Assembly (NCBI RefSeq): GCF_000143415.4
Contig: NW_003314263.1
Coordinates: forward strand, 2,114,403-2,178,402
DNA: 64,000 bases
Direction: 5' to 3'
Source of the DNA: Selaginella moellendorffii
Taxonomy: Eukaryota; Plantae; Lycopodiophyta
This document shows, one piece after another, positions 1-15,231 of the stretch. Position 1 is the first letter of the stretch; each line of letters starts with the position of its first letter. Under the pieces are notes generated by a model. That model searched no databases. It was not told the DNA's origin and was given only the letters and a program-made list of their open reading frames with translations. The position numbers and the translations under genes were made by a program.

Positions 1-1731
<1,731 letters not shown>

Positions 1732-2152
1732 GGCGCTACCTCCTGCGCAGTGAGATCAAACCCTGGACCTGGAGAGAGCAAAATCCAAGAACCACATTAC
1801 CCTAAATTGTGCCTTTTCCAGCTCCTCGCACTAAATATCGGGAGATCGCGATCGATTGATCGAGCCGATCGCGTGTTTGCCACTAGATTCACCGCTCCAC
1901 GCGCTTTCGACAGCTTCGGATCGAGCAACAGTGCTCCGGCTATGGATGAATCGCCCGGCGACAAGGAAGGATCCTCGCGCCCTAGGAGGTGGGAGCCAAA
2001 GGATCGAAGAAGACAAAGAGAGGGGACTTTAAACTCTAGATCCGCCAATGTCGCCTCTCATACACACAATAAGGATGATGACGTGGCGGAAACAAAGCCA
2101 GTATTCTTGGCAGAATATTCTACGATTTAGGGTTCGCCAGGGACTTTAGGAC

Positions 2153-3600
2153 TCAAGCTGGTTCATTTTCCCGCTGGAGTCCCCTTATTAAACCACCAAC
2201 ATTGAGCTTATGAGGTGAAAATAAATACTTTTCTTCCACAACTTTGCAATTAAAGCTTGGGACCTGGACAAAAGTTTCGTGTACCTCACCAACTAAACAT
2301 AAGCACTCCAAGTGTGGATGATGATACCAAAAGTTTTTGAAAGAAGGTGAAGTCCATATTGGCTCTGTCCCATGAATGTCAACACTCTTCAAGTGCAAGT
2401 TTTGCATAAGTTGTAACATATTTGGATGACTTTCACAATTATACCTTATGCGGTTATAAACTTGCATCAAGTGAAGTCATATCCAAATGTAGCAAGCTAT
2501 CTCTCATGAAAGCCAAGGACAAGAGTTTCTTGACGTTCTTGTACTGCCACCTTTGCAGCAGAGTTTGGATAGCTCCACAAGTCTAGAGCTTACATTCACA
2601 ACACAATCTCCATGAATTTCCAGCTCTTGCAAGCCATTGCAATTGAGCTGCAATACATGAAGTGGCGTTGCCAGCAATTCGTCTTCAAGATCAGTGAACG
2701 CATATGCCGGCTGTAAGCTAAACTTCTGGCGAGGAAGACATGACTACCACTGGCGATTTCAAACTATCGCTGACCCTCAGCAAGGCCAAGAGTCTTGAGC
2801 AGTCGACAGTTGGATACAAAACTCGAGAGTTCATCATTAGTCAAGCTGTTAACCTCCCATAGTCTGAGCTCCTATATCAGAGAGAAGCATGAGTTTGTGC
2901 GTTCAGCCATTACAAGCTCAACTTCTCAAGCCTGTTACAACCTGTAACTTTCAAAACAATGTCTTTTTCTTAAGAAACTAGCTCTTTCAGATGCTGAGGA
3001 CCAGCGATAGCCAGAGTTGTACTCCCATATAGGCTACACTGCGCTATATCTAGTACTTCAAACTTAGGGGAAGCTCGCACCAATGTTTGTATATCATCAT
3101 ATCTTAAATTCCACAAACAGAATAAGATTATTCTCGTGAGACTTGAAAGCGAGGGGAGCATTGGAAGTCCAGTTTTGAATCTTATATACTTTAGTGTCAT
3201 GCTTGAGAAAACCCACTCAAAATCTCCCAGAAACCAGAAACTTCAACTGCTGACAAACACAACTCAAAGATGCACAATGAATTTTTAGATTTGTCAAGCT
3301 TTGGTCAATCCAGCCCCTCACCTCCATATTGCAGCAATCGCCTACTAGCTTCTGCAAGCCATCCATGTGTTTACTCGCCAAAGCACCATTTACCATCGTT
3401 TACCCCACTATATAATGCTATAAGCATGAATAAACTTTCTCAACACCAGGGCAGGCCAATGGAGTTCACAAAGGAATTTCGCAGCACCACTACAGTTGCA
3501 GAGGTCCTTTACATCCTCTTCAACCAACTTCTCCATTTAAAATCTAATCTGGGGAAGTTTTTATTCACAGCGTCTCAGAGAACTAGAGATTTCTCAGTCT
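2153..3600 (-). pseudogene. Degenerate F-box/LRR protein remnant
   Basis: Broken frames give LRR-like pieces (LQNLHLKSV, LSSLTRIILFCLWNLRYDDIQTLVRASPKFEVLDIAQC) and an F-box-like KDLCNCS segment near 3500. Many stops and frameshifts. Confidence 0.55.
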
Positions 3601-3769
3601 GGTGATTGCCGGCCTTGGCAAAATCAATGTAAATAGAAACTCCTGCAAAGGCTGTTCTTCTCTACTGATGCGTCATTTTTTGGGATTGACCTTGGAGCAG
3701 TCCGGTGCAGTGTCTCTCTCCTCCACACTTGCCTTGCTGTTCTAAGCAGGATCTGAAAATGGAGAGGAG

Positions 3770-3845
3770 TTTAAGTGAGAAACTCAACACCTGGAGAAAC
3801 TCAACTCCTGTAAATTTAAGTGAGAAACTCAACTCCTGTAAATTC
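3770..3845. repeat. Short local direct duplication
   Basis: TTTAAGTGAGAAACTCAAC occurs twice and GAAACTCAACTCCTGTAAATT occurs twice. Confidence 0.7.
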
Positions 3846-4825
3846 TATTTCCAAGTTTGATAACAATTTTGAGGTTATCTTTGAGCTCCTGCCCCTAAAT
3901 TCATCTGCCCTATTGTGTCATGGGTAGGTAGATAGCCAACTATGACTGCAGTTTGTCAATTCCCACAGCTTTATCCATGTTCCATGTTTGGATTGCCGAC
4001 TGGGTAATACCTTGACAGATGCTGCACGTGCTTGCCACCAGAGTGGAGAATTAGTGTGGTTCATAAAAACTTCACTCCAGCCACATGGCTAGGGCACCCT
4101 AAGGTAGAAAGTGGGGAGAGTACCCACAAAGTTTATGTAGAGCCACAGTGTTTCAAATGTTATCCCAAAATGAAAAGGAGAAAAACAATCCTTTTGAAGG
4201 CATGGTGAGGAAATTGGTCAAGCCTTTAAACCCTAACTAAATGGTAGTGTTGGTGAACACTGTTGTGGATGGAGTAGGATTTAGTAGGGATTGATGGAGG
4301 AAGGATGTTCCCCATGTCTCTAAACATCTTAAAGGTGCTAAGGTGTGGTCAAGGGATGATCACTCATGGATGGATAGCTTAGTTTTTGGGAAATGGGTTT
4401 GTGGTATAAATGGTATTAGGTGAATGGATATAGCTTTAGCATAACAAATTAATATGTCAATGTTACCTTTGGGTGTTTGTAATGAAATTGGACATGTGGA
4501 GCACTTAGGCCAAATGTAAAGATTGAGTGGCATAAATGCCATTTAGGAGAATGGAAAATTTAATCGCTTACAATTTGGTATCATAATTGTTCCTTAGTTC
4601 GACTTTGATTGGTGGTAAAGTATATCACCACTTGGCATCTGGATCCTACAACTGGATCTATCCTCAAGGAATAGCATGTCAAGAGGGCATGACTTTCCAT
4701 TTGAGTTCATACGTATATATGTAAGCAATATGGTAAATAGAAAAGGGTTAATAAAGAAACGACTTTGGGATCTTGGGAACAATAGAAAGTTTTTCTCAAA
4801 GAGTTGAGGATATAATCTTTATAAG

Positions 4826-6228
4826 TGTGAAACACAAATCTTAGATCCCCAAAAGTGGAGTTGAAAGGGTGCCATGTGGTAGTGGCTGAAGCTAAAGCCA
4901 AACAAAAGTAACACGTTTGAATTAAAAGTTTCGACTTGAAAAGTCAGAAGTGGGAGTGAACTCTCAACAAACTCTTAAGGAACGAGCACAAAGCGAACAA
5001 TAAGTGAATCTCTAAAAAAGGGACATAAGAGGACTAACATATGATACATGAAAGTGTCAAGATTAGAGTCTGAGATAGAGTCTAAGATAGAGCTGAGATG
5101 GAATCCCAAATGGAGTCCCAGATGGACCCAAGATGGACCCAAGATGGAGTTTAAAATGGAATCAAGACCAAGATTGACTTTGAGTCTGAGTCCAAATATT
5201 AATATAGATTGTTGGGTGAAAGCCCAAAGAGATTATCCCCCAGTAAGGGGGGGGGGGGGTTGCAAGAAGTTCCAAAAGTATAGTAGGGAGAGTGTGGGGT
5301 TGGACTCTAGTGGAACCAATTTGGCCAGGAAAGGTCAATGTGACCCAAGAAGGCTATACCCAAGTGTTGGGTGATGATATAACCATTGAAGAGTCCAAGG
5401 CTAGAGTGAATATGAACAAACAAGTGGGGTAATTTGGTAAACTATTCAAGAGCCGACTCTAGCTCCCTTGAGAGATCAAATGGTCGATGTTCCCAATTTA
5501 GATGTGGGTGGCATTATCTACTTGGATACATGGTGTGGCTAATTAGAACCTTGCTCTAGCCCTATGGTTAGGGCACCCAAAGGCAGAAGGTGGGGAGAGT
5601 ACCTATGAGACTTGCGTAAGGCTGCGGTGTTTCGAAATGTTGTTATAAAGTCCCAAACTAAAGAAAGGAAGAAATGCAATCCTCTTATGTGGTGACCAAA
5701 GATGCAATCATATGGCAAGGAAGTCCTAGAGGTTAGTGGTACATAGTGGTCGGGCCTTTAAACCCTAATTCAATGGTAGTGTTAGCAAATATGGCTGTGG
5801 AAGAAAAGAGATTTGGTAGACACTAAAAAATGGATATTGAGGAAGGTTATTCCCTATGACTACGAGATGTTAAGGAGTGGATCTAGGATAATCACTCCTA
5901 GATGGATGACTCAGTCTTTGAGAGACAGACCGTAATGCAGGTGGTGGTCCAACGGTGGTGTTGGACAATCGGAGTGACAAAGGTGAATGGGCATGGCTTT
6001 AGTATAATGGGCTGATATATCAATGGCACCTTTGGGTGTCAATCATGGGATTGGACATGTGAAGCACTTGGACCAAGTGCAATGGTTGAGTGGCATGGAT
6101 GCCATTCTTGAGGCTAGCAAGTCCCCAAGTTTGGAATAAAACTTATAGAAGTTGTAAGTGAGACTTCTCCAAGTGGTCAGAGGTGTGGCTAAGTGATTAA
6201 AGTAGAATGGAAAATTTAGTCGTTTATA
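4826..6228 (+). mobile_element. Solo long LTR nested in the older element
   Basis: Runs TGTGAAACACA...CGTTTATA (decayed CGCTTACA). Flanks are ATAAG/GTAAG (TSD, 1 mismatch) and the host internal sequence resumes directly after. Confidence 0.85.
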
Positions 6229-8756
6229 GTAAGTGTTTCACTTATCAAATTAGCTAATATGGTTGTGGTAAACAACTATAGTTGGGATCATGGGAAAGGT
6301 ACTCTAAGACAATAAAAAAGTCATATAATTATCTATATAGTTAAGGATGGTGCTCATAAATTTAAGAATAAAGTTAATGATAGTGAGAGGTCAAATACAA
6401 AGTAATGTTCTTGAAATAGTAGTTAGTGCTACCTTTAATAAAAGCCTGAATAACCTAAGGAATTGGGGGGTGTACTTAAAGGATGAGTTAGTGTTCTCAT
6501 TATATGAGAAAATAATTCTAAAAGGCAAAAGTAGCCTATATAAAACAAAGGATAAATAAGTGTTGGAATAACACTTGTAAAGACAATCCTTGTGAATAAA
6601 AGGCAAATACAATAAGTTATATTCAAGTATGGTGGCACCTCAAAGTAGCTAAAAGGTTAGGACCTTACAGGGATTTGGTCTCCTTGAGTTCTTTTTTGTT
6701 TAATTGATAGGGGGGATGAACCACTACTATAGCACCCTCGACCAACTCAATGTTTTTTATTGATCGGGCAGGGGGTAACCTTGCCAATAATTCCTCTAGC
6801 ATAGTATCTTGAAATCAATCTAACATCTTCTGGATCATTAAAGCTAAATGACTTAGTAAAGTCAAAGGATAATCCCAAAGGCTTGAAAGAATCCCACTTG
6901 AATGATGTGTTGTACTTTACAAATGATTAGGAGGATTATGAGATCTAAATTTGAGAACAGTGGGTATTTTATTGATAGCAGAAAGTATCATTCTAAAGTT
7001 GTGAAAAGGTGTTTATGAAAGATAACAATTTTAGCAAAGAATTATATATGAAAACTATGGAGTAGTGCTAACCAATAGTTGGTATAAAAAACAATTGCTT
7101 TCGTTTTGATAAAACTTATGAGGGTAGTCTCATGGAGTTGATAAGGTGGAAACCCCAAATGTCTCAAGAGATGATGTCTTGAGGTCAAGTTTGTGGGTTC
7201 ATGGGAACCCCTTATTAAAGGAATCTCAATAGAACTGAGATTAACAAAGCCTAAGCTAAAAGGCATATGACTCAAGTGTATTGACCTAAATAATGATAAA
7301 TGTATGAAAGAATTAGCAATGAGTTGTAAGACTTAATAATTATAAAGCAACTAAGTGAAAGATGTGGCATAATTATCTTAATAAAAAGTCTTGGGAATAT
7401 TCACTTCTACCAATCTAATCAATTATGATAAAAATGAGGTTATTAAGGGATAACTTGTTTATGTTGCAATACAATAAATCAATGACATAAAAGGAAATGC
7501 TCATTGTTAAAAAAGGCAATCATTGAACACCTAAGCACTCTAAACCACTAAGAAGTGGTATTTGGTATTAAGAGGGCATTAGATAAAGTTTAAGGGACTA
7601 AGTCCCTAATAAATAATGGATAAAAAGTGTTATTCAATGTCCAAAGTTGCAGAAACAAGAGAAGCCCATTTATCTAAATTAAACAATACCAAATTATTTT
7701 TGGCAAGACTAGTGACGAGCATAAAAAAGCCCATAAGTAGCAACATTAATTCTAATGTATGGAATTACAATGTGAACATATCCAAATTGAAGAATCACTC
7801 CTTAGGTCATTGAGTAAATTCATCCTTAATAATACTTGCTAATGCATAATAGAAAGTGTAAAGCTACCCTCATAGTTGAGAGGGGAATAACCGAAAGGAA
7901 TGTGTAAGGCAAGAAGCAAATAATAAAAGGATAAAACTAAACTATAAAAATTGAAGGGCATAGCCAAAAGTGGTTGTACAAATTAAGAGTAGGGAATTAA
8001 GTGAGTGCTCGAAAGTGTTGTTACTGGCAACCATGGTGCTATGATGAGTTTAAAATATAGGATTATCCATATTAGACTATATGCCAGATAAGAAACTTGC
8101 AAAAAAAGAAGCTTTAATAAGCTAAGGGACAAAGTCCATTCAATGTTTCCAAATAATTTTCTAGGTGGTCACCCTTTTGCTGCACCATTTTAATTTTACA
8201 CATTTCTATAAACCATTTACACTTATCTTCCTTGAAGCTTGCCATAAGGTGAAACTATCAAAGTTGGGGAAGTAGTTCCCAAGTGTTCAAAGAAATAGCT
8301 TTGAACAAAAGTTAATGTTTAAGGACTTTCACACTTATGCATAGAACTATATTATGCTTGTCATGTGACTTGCTAAGCGAAAATGGTAAGTCGGAGGAAA
8401 AAAGACCTTAGTTGAAGGTGTTGATATAAAAAGGGGTGGCCCATGGGGCCAAACATGGAAGAGTCCATGCACAATCATAGGCTGATTAACTAGCTTGTCA
8501 AGTGAGAAGACTTGGAAATTTGGAAGAACTAAATTCTTAAACTGTGATCCATAACACATTTTGGGTATAAGTTGGTACACTGGCATGGTGAGTCATGCTA
8601 GGCATCCTAGATAATACTATCTATAGATGCATATGCAGAGGTTAGGGTATGGTGATGGTTTAGAATATGAAAACATTTATTTTTCGATGGTCATGGATTC
8701 TCAGTAAGAAGGCTGGCTTGGGCACACCACCAAGTGGGGGATGCCCTAGAGTCCTG

Positions 8757-10323
8757 TGTGAGACACAAATCCCTAATCCCCAAAATGGAGATGAAAGGGT
8801 GCCACATGGTAATGGCTGAAGCGAAAGCCAAACAAGCGTAACACATTTGGACTAAAAGCTACAACTTGAAAGGTCAAGAGCAAGAGTGGAACTCCTAACG
8901 AAGTGCTCGAGGAATAAGCACAAAATGAGCAATAAGTGAGTCTCTAAAAAAGGGACACAAGAGGGCCAACACATGACACGTAGAGGAGTTTGAGATGGAC
9001 CTGAGATGGAGTCTGAGATGGAGTTCGAGATGGAGTCCAAGATGGATCTGAGATGGAATCTGAGATGGAACCCAAGATAGAGTTCGAGATGGAGTCTGAG
9101 ATGGAGTCCGAGATGGACTCAAGATGGACTCAAGATGGAGTTCAAGATGGACCTGAGATGGAGCCTAAGATGGACCGAGATGGAGTTCGAGATGGACCTG
9201 AGATGGAATCTGAAATAGAGACCGAGAAGGACCCGAGGTGGAGTCCGAGGTCGAGACTGAGATCGAGACCGAGGCCGAGACCGAGTTCGAGTTTGAGTCT
9301 GAGTCCGAGTCCGAGTTTGAATCCGAGGGTGAAAGCCCAAAGTGTTCATCTCCCAGACCCTAGGGGGTTTGGTGAGCTCCAAAAGTATAGTAGGGGGAAG
9401 GCTCTAGTGGAGCCAGTTTGGCTAGGAAAGGCTAATTTGGCCCAGGAAGGTTGTACCTAGGTGTTGTGTGATGGGATAACCACTGGGAAGTCCAAGGCTA
9501 GAGTGAATACAGATTGATAAGCGAGGTAGCTTGGTGAAGTGTTCAAGAGCCAATTCTAGTTCCCCTGAGAGATCGAATGGCTGATGCTCCCAATTCAAGT
9601 GTTGGTGGCACTATCTACTTGGATACCTGGCGTGGCTCAATGGAACTTTGCTCTAAGCCCATAGCTAGAGCACCCAAAGGTAGAAGGTAGGGAGAGTACC
9701 TATGAGGCTCACGTAGGGCCACGGTGTTCCGAAATGTTGTTCCAAAGTCCCAAACTATAGAAAGGAAGAAGAGTGGTCCTTTGGTGTAGTGACCAATGAT
9801 ACAATCATGTGGTGAGAAAATCCCAGAGGACAGTGGGACTTAGTGGTCGAACTTATGGGCCTTGTCTCAGTGGTAGTGTTGGCAAACACGGCCATGGACA
9901 GAAAAGGGATTTGGTGGGGACTGTAAAAGAAATATTGGGAAAGGTTGTTCCCTATGTCTGCGAGCATCTTAAGGATGCTAAGGAGTGGACCTAAGATGGT
10001 CACTCATGGACGGATGGCCCAGTCTTTGAGAGACGGGACTGCGATGTAAGTGGTGTTAGACCACCGGTGTGACCAAGGTGAATGGGCATGGCCTTAGCAT
10101 AATGGACTAGTATGTCAGTGGTACCTTGGGGTGTCAGTCATAGGATCGGACACATGGAACACTTGGACCAAGTGCAATGGTTGAGTGGCATAGATGCCAT
10201 TCTCGAGGCTACCAAGTCCCTAAATCCAGAATAGGATTTACAAAAGTTGTGAGTGAGACTCCCCTAAGTGGTCGAAGGTGTGGTTAAGTGACTAAAGTAG
10301 AATGAAAAATTTAGTCACTTACA
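8757..10323 (+). mobile_element. Solo long LTR nested in the older element
   Basis: Runs TGTGAGACACA...CACTTACA. Flanks are TCCTG/TCTTG (TSD, 1 mismatch) and host internal sequence is contiguous across it. Confidence 0.88.
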
Positions 10324-12325
10324 TCTTGATACATGGTTAGATTGATTAATGTAAAACTCAGTATATCTAACTTGAACAGTCTAGTGCAAATAGCATCGAG
10401 GATGTGGTGAATGAGATGAGAACACCCAATCTCAGTTGCTATGGACTTTTTGCTGGAAGGGGTAACTTGGGTGCACTACCAAGTGTGGGGGATGCTCCTA
10501 GAGTCATGGTCAACAACTTAAAAGTTTGGAAGACCTAGTATTTATTAGCAAACCTGTTAAGAGGTCAAGGTGAGATCATTAAGTGATCTTTTAGCTAAAT
10601 AAGAATAAAGTTCTTGTTAGGTTAAGGAATAAGGTTTTTAGTTTAAAGTGTTGATTTGAACTATTAGCAATGGTGTAACTTGGTCAAGGTGATCAAGTGG
10701 GAAGGACACTTAAGGGAAATGAACTATGACAATACAATGGTATTATGAGTTTAGGAAAATATCTTTATAGAAGGACCTATGGGTAGGTCACAAAGTTGGG
10801 CTGTAGATAAAGCCCACAACCAAAAAATGTTAAAAAAACTTACTAAGGGTGAACACATCTAGATTTGGTAAAATAAAACCTTTGCTAAGAAGCCAAAAGG
10901 ATACCTCAAAGATGGAAGTAGTAATCATATAGCGTTTGATGCAAAAATCAAAGGATAGAAGCAAAAAACTAATGGCCAAGAATGGGCCTTGGAAATTATT
11001 GGAGGGTATTCAAATGACAAGTTAAGTAAAGAACCACCATCTAATGGATGCTAACGGATTGTAGGAAAGAAAATGTATTTCTAATGATGGAATTCCCAAA
11101 TGCTCTAATTTGTGAAGATGAAAGCTCCAAAAGATTGAGTGGCAAGGTAGCCAAATGATAGGGCTATAGGCAGCCCTAATATAAATGATGGATAAATGGA
11201 ATTTAGTGTTTAGGGTGGTATGAAATAAAAGAGAGGATAATTATGCTCTTAATTAAAGGATTTCCTAGAATGGGGAAGTGGAATTTACACAACATGTGCA
11301 ATGCAAGGTGTTTGAGACATTAAAGAAATTGACTTGAGAAGTCAATATTATAATTTTAAAGTATGATGGTTATGTTGATGGAGGCTAAGACTACTTTAGA
11401 ATGAATAGTAAGATTGAGATAAAGAAGGTATCTCTAACAGGTTTAATAAGAACTAAACGAACAAAGGGAGAGAACCATCACATGTGATCTAATGAGACTT
11501 TAAGTTGGAGAGATTATACTCCTTAAAGGATGGAAAAAGCAAAGTGAGCCTTTAGTGTTGTACCATTAATAAATATTAGCTTGGTGCTAAGGAAAATGGT
11601 AATCTATGATGGGGTTACTTTATGAAATGGTTATCATTTGATGAGGACATTGAACTTCGTTTATAGGTGGTAGAGTTGTGAGACACAAATCCCTAAGCCC
11701 CAAAGTGAAGCCGAGAGGGTGCCACGTAATAGTAGCCAAATAAAAGCTAAACAAGCATAACACATTTCGATTAAAAGCTTCAACTCGAAAAGTTGAGAGC
11801 AAGAGTGGAACTCCCAATAAAGTGCTCAAAGAATGAGCACAAAGTGATCAATATGCAAGCCTCTAGAAAAGGGACACAATAGGACTAACACATACATGTG
11901 GAAGTGTCAAGACCAAGTCCGAGATGGAGTCCAAGAAGGAGTCCAAGATGGAGTCCGAGATGGAGTCCGAGTTGGAGTCCAAGATGAACCTGAAATGGAC
12001 CCGAGATGGAGTTCGAGAAGGAGTCTGAGATGGACCCAAGATGGAGTCTGAGAAGGAGTTTATAGCATATGTGGTTTTCACCTTTTATCCTATAGTGATT
12101 TACCATAGGATAACCACAAAGCGAAACCTAAACTCTCTATATGCCACATGTTATATACCATATGCCACATGCCACATGTCCAAAGGATAATAGAGCAAAA
12201 CCCAAGCTTCAAGGCCTTGGGCCATTGAATGAAGGAACGGAGCTAAACTTCTAAGCGTAGAGCCAAAGAGCAAAGAAATTGAAGTATAGAGCAACTCCTA
12301 AGTGTACAGCCCAAAGAGTTAAGGG

Positions 12326-14453
12326 TGTAAGCGACTAATTTTTCCATTCTACTTTAGTCACTTAACCACACTTCCAACCACTTAGAGGAGTCTCATTCAC
12401 AACCTCCATAAGTCCAATTTAGGACTTGGGACTTGCTAGCCCCAAGAATGGCATCCATGCCACTCCACACTTGCACCTGGTCCAAGTGCTCCACGTGTCC
12501 GGTCCCAAGACCGACACCCAAAGGTACCACTGACATCTCGGCCCGTTACGCTAAGGCCATGCCCATTCACCTTTGCTGCACTAGTGGTCCAATACCACTT
12601 GCATCACCATCCCGTCTCTCCAAGACTGGGCCGTCTATCCACGAGTGGTCATCCTAGATTCACTCCTTAGCATCCTTAGGATGCCCACAGACCTGGGGAA
12701 TCGCCTTCCCCAAAGTCCCTTTGTCAGTTCCTACCAAGTCCCTTCCTGCCCCTGGCCGTGTTTACCAACACTGCCACTGGATCGAGGCCCACAGGCCCGA
12801 CCACTAAGTCCCATGGTCCTCTGGGACTTCCTCACCACACGACTGTGTCCTTGGTCACTACCCCAAAGGACTGCTCCTCTTCCTTTCCACAGTCTAGGCT
12901 TTTGGGACAACATTTCGGAACACCGTGGCCTTACGCGAGCCACCTGGGTACTCTCCCCGCCTTTCGCCTTTAGGTGCTCTAGCCATGGGCTTAGAGCGAG
13001 GTTCCGTTGAGCCACGCCTGGTATCCAAGTAGGTAGTGCCACCCACACTTGGACTGGGAGCATCGGCCAGTCGATCTCCCGGGGGAACTAGAGCCGGCTC
13101 TTGAACACATCACCAAGCTACCCCGCTTGTCGGTCTGTGTTCACTCTAGTCTTGGACTTCCCAGTGGGCAGCTCATCACCCAACACTGGGTCTGGCCTTC
13201 CTGGGCCAAACTGGCCTTTCCTGGCCAAACTGGCTCCACTGCAGTCCTCCCCCTTCGTGTCTAAGTCTTTGCCAAGACCAACACCGCTCTTTCTCATGCC
13301 AACCATTAGCACTGCCCCATAGAGGTCACACACAACTTTATGTCAAAGTTGTTTTCTTCTGGGAACACCTTTCCCATAACTTTAGCATGGCACATTTTGC
13401 CATCGATGAGATACTCTCTGTTCTCATCCTTGGATCCTATGATCCCCCCCCATCCTTTGTGGGGTACAACGCACCTTAGTCCAAGTGCTTCATTCAGTCC
13501 CTTTTAGGACCTTCCCTTGACTCTACTTGAGTCGTCTAGCAGTTTTGGACTTGGTTAATCCACCGACCCGTAAGGTCCTACTTGTGAGGCACTAGCTCAC
13601 TGGAATACACATCTTGCATTCCGGTCCTACTCAAAAGGACTATTTTCACAAGCGTTACTCCGACACTTGATTTTGTTCTCTAGGGGCAACCTTTGCCCCT
13701 TAGGACTACTTGTCCATGTGATGAGAATACCAACTCATCCACTTAATACACCCCCAACTCCTTGGGTTGTTCCAGCATTTATTAGAGGTAGCCCCGGCTA
13801 CCATTTCAAGGACTTGAGTCCTCTTCCGTATTTGACCTTCCACGGTCATTACCTTTGGTCTCACATTCATGAGCACCAACCTCAACTATATGAGGATAAT
13901 CTTGTGACTCCTTTATTGTTTTGGAGTCTCTATCTTTCCCGTGATCCCAACTTTAGTTGTTTACCACAACAACCTAAGCCAATTTGCTGAGACAAATGCT
14001 CATCCGGATCACATCCTCAACTCAATGAGGAAAACCTTGCATTGTTCCCAAGACCCCAAAGTCGTTCCATTATTGGCCCTTTTCTATCCACCACCTCGTC
14101 TACAAGTTCACACATGAACTGTAATGGAGAGCCATGTCTTCCCGACTTGCTACTCCTCAAGGATAGGCCCACTCCTCGGACCTTCCAATGCCAACACTAG
14201 TGGTGATATACTTGAGCACCAATAAAAGTCGGACTAAGGAACAGCTCCGATACCAAGTTGTAAGCTCTTGAGTTTGGACTTCCTGGAAGGTCACCCAGCC
14301 CAGTACTATTCAAACCCAAGGACACTTAACTCCAAAATATCCCAAGACCCTTAACCGATTGGAAAAGGGGGTGCACTCTTGTTCATGGGCCCTTTCCCTC
14401 TATATTTGAACCCCATGGATCGTCTCTCAAGTCGTTCTCTTTGGTTGCTTACA
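12326..14453 (-). mobile_element. Hybrid retroelement: short (TRIM) LTR + PBS + LARD internal 5' region + 3' part of long LTR
   Basis: Short LTR at 14259-14453; PBS TGGTATCGGAGC (minus, 14244-14255); 13256-14258 matches about 23865-24870; 12326-13255 matches the 3' ~930 bp of the long LTR. AAGGG flanks both ends (12321-12325, 14454-14458). Confidence 0.88.
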
Positions 14454-15037
14454 AAGGGATAGAGCAACTTGGAATAGTCCTAGAGCATCTAATATCCCAA
14501 TACTAAGACCAACATGCAAAACGGAACCAAATGGAGTTCAGCACTATTTTAACATACCAATGGTCTAATGCAAGAATATGGGTACTCCACCAATTAGCAT
14601 GGTATGGAACTTGGGTTTAAACCCAAACCGGATACAGAACAAAAACAAATACACAAGTGGGAGCTAGATTATACCTTAAGTTGGCCATAGACATCAAACA
14701 AAGCAATAGACGTTCGTCCAACTTGAGAGAAAAGCTGGAGAAGCATCTCAGTGCCACCCCAATGGATATAGCATTTAGGTCACGCTAGGTCACGGTTAAT
14801 GAACTTTGGCTTTGTGAAATTGCTACCTGTGTCCATGCATGTAGAGGTAATGCCTTCTGCTGTTTGGCTCTAATAGGCTGGACGAGACGAATTCGGAGGA
14901 TGAGTTCATTGCCAACCTTTAGGATACTGTTTAGTGGCTTAGAGGTACCTCTTTCTTGCCACCTCTTTCTCTATTGTTACCTTACCATGGATTTTTACTT
15001 CAAAGAGAGTAATCCTTTCCACATAAACATACCCTCA

Positions 15038-15231
15038 TGTAAGCAACCAAAGGGAACGACTTGAGAGACGATCCATGGGGTTCAAATATAGAGGGAAAGG
15101 GCCCATGAACAAGAGTGCACCCCCTTTTCCAATCGGTTAAGGGTCTTGGGATACTTGGAGTTAAGCGTCCTTGGGTTTGAATAGTACTGGGCTGGGTGAC
15201 CTCTCGGGAAGTCCAAACTCAGGAGCTTACA
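15038..15231 (+). mobile_element. Solo short (TRIM) LTR, 194 bp
   Basis: TGTAAGC...GCTTACA termini, perfect TSD CCTCA (15033-15037, 15232-15236), near-identical to the reverse complement of 14259-14453. Confidence 0.92.

Larger units (their letters stand above)
3990..12060 (+). mobile_element. Old, degenerate copy of the long-LTR (LARD-like) retroelement, interrupted by two nested solo LTRs
   Basis: Partial 5' LTR ends CGCTTACA at 4572, followed by a decayed PBS (TGGTATCA, 4576). Internal segments 4573-4825, 6229-8756 and 10324-11676 are colinear with 23865-27957. The 3' LTR starts TGTGAGACACA at 11677 and is truncated in the repeat array near 12060. Left boundary is approximate. Confidence 0.85.

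Noticed and set aside
14259-15231. ~195-bp inverted repeats resembling TIRs of a Mutator/foldback element
   Set aside because: Each arm is an independent short LTR with its own TSD context (AAGGG with 12321; CCTCA).
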